DNA of 55,774 nucleotides from assembly GCA_045539555.1 (NCBI GenBank), contig JAZQFP010000019.1, positions 1 to 55,774 of the forward strand, read 5' to 3'. Under the pieces are notes generated by a model. It was not told the DNA's origin, did no database searches, and worked only from the letters and a program-made list of their open reading frames with translations. The position numbers were made by a program, and so were the translations under genes. This document shows positions 53,335 through 55,774 of this stretch, one piece after another (the first letter of the stretch is position 1; every line of letters starts with the position of its first letter). The DNA is from Candidatus Ornithomonoglobus sp. (lineage in GTDB: Bacteria > Bacillota > Clostridia > UBA1381).

Positions 53335-54150
53335 TTGAAATATGATTACACCTATTTTTTCAGAGAAATGAGCCTGTTTACCTCCGTTTTTTCCCTCGGA
53401 CATTCACACGAACACAGAGAGATTTTTTGCATAAAACAGGGAAGCGGTAAAAGAAAAATTGTTTTCTCCGCGGCTTTTCACGGTCTTGAATACCTTACTG
53501 GCGTTGCCTTGCTTGACTTTGCCCGTAAATTTCAGGATATGAAAGAATATCACAAAAATGTTACTGTTTATTTTGTTCCGCTGGTTAACCCTGATGGAGT
53601 GGATATTGCAATTCACGGCATTAACCCTAAAAATGTTTACCATCAGGAGCTGATTTCTCATACAGGAATATTAGATTTTAAGAATTTATGGCAATCAAAC
53701 GCCCAAGGTGTAGATATAAATCACAACTTTAACGCATTATGGGATAAAGTTTGCGATAGCCCCTCTCCTACAAAATATGGCGGACCGTTTCCCGAGTCCG
53801 AGCCTGAAACAAGGGCAATTACACATTTACTTAAAATAATACGTCCTGATATTTTTGTTGCATTTCATTCTCAGGGGAGAGAAATTTATTATGATTTTAA
53901 CGGTCTGGAAAATAAAACATCCAAAGAAACCGCCCTTAACATCGCCAAAACCTGTGGTTACACCGTTACCAAGCCAAACGGTACCGCAACCTTTGGTGGT
54001 GCAAAGGACTGGTATATTCAGGAATTTCATAAGGAAGCTTTTACAATAGAATTGGGGCAGGGGAAAAACCCGTTGCCCCATTCTCAGCTATCGGATATGA
54101 AAAAAGATGTTTTCGAAATTTGTTCCTATATAATAGGAAGAAATTACTGA
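53335..54150 (+). CDS. M14-family zinc carboxypeptidase (gamma-D-glutamyl-diamino-acid peptidase-like)
   Basis: HxxE Zn motif in AAFHGLEYLT. VPLVNPDGV, DINHNF and FHSQG fit M14. The start is uncertain: TTG 53335 lies 6 nt behind AGAGGTG, and the track start is GTG 53326. Confidence 0.72.
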   Translation: MKYDYTYFFREMSLFTSVFSLGHSHEHREIFCIKQGSGKRKIVFSAAFHGLEYLTGVALLDFARKFQDMKEYHKNVTVYFVPLVNPDGVDIAIHGINPKNVYHQELISHTGILDFKNLWQSNAQGVDINHNFNALWDKVCDSPSPTKYGGPFPESEPETRAITHLLKIIRPDIFVAFHSQGREIYYDFNGLENKTSKETALNIAKTCGYTVTKPNGTATFGGAKDWYIQEFHKEAFTIELGQGKNPLPHSQLSDMKKDVFEICSYIIGRNY

Positions 54151-54506
54151 TTGTTCATTAACTGGTCGTAAAGAACCATTGCTTCGTTTCGCACTTCTTC
54201 ATTGTCGCCTGAATTTATTGCAACGGTAAGATATGTCATTGCCATTTCTGCATCTCCACCATCAATAAGTTGCTTTGCAGCCTCTAAGGCATACTTCTGC
54301 GCCAACACATCAGAATCTTTATAATTTATATCATAAAGACCTCTTGTCGCAAGGGCATATTCACCCTTCTCTGCATTGTTTATGGCAACATTGTATTTCC
54401 AAACGGGCAAAGCTGTAAAACGGAAAATTACTGCGAGAAGTGCAACTCCTGCAATAATTCCCAGCACAATTCCTGTTACTTTTAGACCAATTCTTTTGTT
54501 TTCCAT
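54144..54506 (-). CDS. Hypothetical membrane-anchored helical-repeat (TPR-like) protein
   Basis: 120 aa. One N-terminal TM helix (VTGIVLGIIAGVALLAVIF) followed by a helical-repeat region. The 3' end overlaps the convergent M14 gene by 7 nt. Confidence 0.55.
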   Translation of the reverse strand: MENKRIGLKVTGIVLGIIAGVALLAVIFRFTALPVWKYNVAINNAEKGEYALATRGLYDINYKDSDVLAQKYALEAAKQLIDGGDAEMAMTYLTVAINSGDNEEVRNEAMVLYDQLMNNQ

Positions 54507-54540
54507 ATACTTCTCCTGTTTTTCAAATCCTGTTTGTTAG

Positions 54541-54573
54541 AAAAAAGTACGGTCATTGCGACCGTACTTTTTG
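54541..54573 (-). terminator. Intrinsic terminator after tuf
   Basis: Minus strand reads AAAAAGTACGGTC-GCAAT-GACCGTACTTTTTT. Confidence 0.85.
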
Positions 54574-54588
54574 AAAGTTCATTTATAA

Positions 54589-55774
54589 TTATTCAGCGAT
54601 CTCTGAAACTACGCCTGAACCAACTGTTCTACCACCCTCACGGATAGCGAAACGAAGACCCTTCTCGATAGCGATAGGAGTGATTAGCTCAACATCCATC
54701 TTTACGTTATCGCCAGGCATACACATCTCTACACCAGCGGGTAGGTTGATAACGCCTGTAACGTCTGTTGTTCTGAAATAGAACTGGGGTCTGTAGTTGT
54801 TGAAGAACGGTGTATGACGGCCGCCCTCGTCCTTTGTCAATACGTAAACCTCAGCACTGAACTTTGTATGGGGGTTAACTGAACCGGGCTTTGCAAGAAC
54901 CTGACCACGCTCGATCTCTGTTCTAGCAACACCACGAAGAAGTGCACCAACGTTGTCACCAGCCTCAGCGTAGTCAAGAGTCTTTCTGAACATTTCAAGA
55001 CCTGTAACTACTACCTTACGGCTCTCGTCTGTAAGACCAACGATTTCAACTTCGTCGTTTGTATTAACCTGACCACGCTCAACTCTACCAGTAGCAACTG
55101 TACCACGGCCTGAGATTGAGAATACGTCCTCGACGGGCATTAGGAAGGGTAGGTCTGCCTTTCTCTCCGGTGTGGGGATGTAAGCATCTACCTGATCCAT
55201 TAGGTCAAGGATACACTTGTAAGCGGGATCATTAACATCATCTGATGAACACTCAAGAACACCAAGAGCTGTACCTGCAACGATAGGTGTATCGTCGCCG
55301 GGGAAATCATACTCTGATAGTAGATCACGGATCTCCATCTCTACTAGCTCAAGAAGCTCGGGATCGTCAACCTGATCTGACTTGTTCATGAATACAACGA
55401 TATAGGGAACGCCAACCTGTCTTGATAGAAGGATGTGCTCTCTTGTCTGAGGCATGGGACCATCAGCAGCTGATACAACAAGGATAGCGCCGTCCATCTG
55501 AGCAGCACCTGTGATCATGTTCTTAACGTAGTCAGCATGTCCAGGACAGTCAACGTGAGCATAGTGACGTGTGTCTGTCTCGTACTCAACGTGAGCTGTT
55601 GAAATGGTGATACCTCTTTCTCTCTCTTCGGGAGCCTTATCGATGTTATCGTAAGCTGAGAACTCAGCCTGGCCCTTAAGTGCCAATACCTTTGTGTTAG
55701 CTGCCGTAAGAGTTGTCTTACCGTGGTCAACGTGACCGGTTTTACCGAAGTTAACATGCAGCTTGGTTCTTTCG
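54589..55774 (-). CDS. tuf: Elongation factor Tu (N-terminal ~6 codons lie beyond the window)
   Basis: The reading frame is open to the window edge. My translation from the edge reads [25 protein letters not shown]..., followed by DCPGHADY and NKSD. The track lists only the part from an internal Met (55686). Confidence 0.97.
   Translation of the reverse strand, partial: ERTKLHVNFGKTGHVDHGKTTLTAANTKVLALKGQAEFSAYDNIDKAPEERERGITISTAHVEYETDTRHYAHVDCPGHADYVKNMITGAAQMDGAILVVSAADGPMPQTREHILLSRQVGVPYIVVFMNKSDQVDDPELLELVEMEIRDLLSEYDFPGDDTPIVAGTALGVLECSSDDVNDPAYKCILDLMDQVDAYIPTPERKADLPFLMPVEDVFSISGRGTVATGRVERGQVNTNDEVEIVGLTDESRKVVVTGLEMFRKTLDYAEAGDNVGALLRGVARTEIERGQVLAKPGSVNPHTKFSAEVYVLTKDEGGRHTPFFNNYRPQFYFRTTDVTGVINLPAGVEMCMPGDNVKMDVELITPIAIEKGLRFAIREGGRTVGSGVVSEIAE

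Noticed and set aside
54144-54150. 7-nt overlap of the convergent M14 peptidase and TPR-like genes as a regulatory feature
   Set aside because: Short 3'-3' overlaps are common in compact genomes, and there is no associated structure.
1-55774. CRISPR arrays, tRNA/rRNA genes, IS elements
   Set aside because: None of the spacers of 150 nt or more (2180-2333, 14110-14308, 18649-18807, 31213-31634, 37608-37864, 46449-46677, 51549-51753) shows regularly spaced repeats or cloverleaf-like tRNA features. No transposase-like ORF is present.

Overview
Chromosomal segment from a low-GC Gram-positive anaerobe. Gene content and EF-Tu look Clostridia-like, and GC is roughly 40% by eye. There are about 50 protein genes, all but four on the minus strand. 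I saw no rRNA, tRNA, CRISPR array or transposase.

Gene order, left to right:
- partial tyrosine recombinase translationally coupled to cca
- a PRTase
- a trmL-apgM-ytvI-metG string
- a complete glycogen block (glgB-glgC-glgD, then glgA-glgP-GH13)
- a beta-lactamase-fold serine hydrolase
- a heterodimeric ABC exporter followed directly by an uncharacterised pair (713-aa cytoplasmic protein plus 256-aa single-pass membrane protein)
- Lrp plus aminotransferase
- lysine-riboswitch-controlled asd-dapA-dapB
- comEC
- isochorismatase-rodA-flavodoxin-rlmD
- a 12-gene bacterial microcompartment (BMC) operon
- argH
- three small membrane proteins
- a GH127-like protein
- a CDF metal exporter with a structured leader
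- a secreted protein with an internal 480-bp tandem duplication
- an M14 peptidase
- partial tuf

Most worth a second look:
1. The BMC operon. Its only candidate signature enzyme is a class II aldolase with a Cys-rich tail. It carries PduS/PduT-type Fe-S proteins but no B12 or glycyl-radical enzyme, and there is no sugar pathway, kinase or regulator nearby.
2. The orphan 713-aa / 256-aa pair behind the ABC exporter.
3. Lys/Ala/Pro/Thr-rich basic tails on both GlgA and one BMC shell protein.
4. An SD-sequestering structured leader upstream of the CDF exporter.
5. Near-identical hairpins bracketing the GH127-like gene.

All calls come from reading the translations and sequence by eye. No database search was run.
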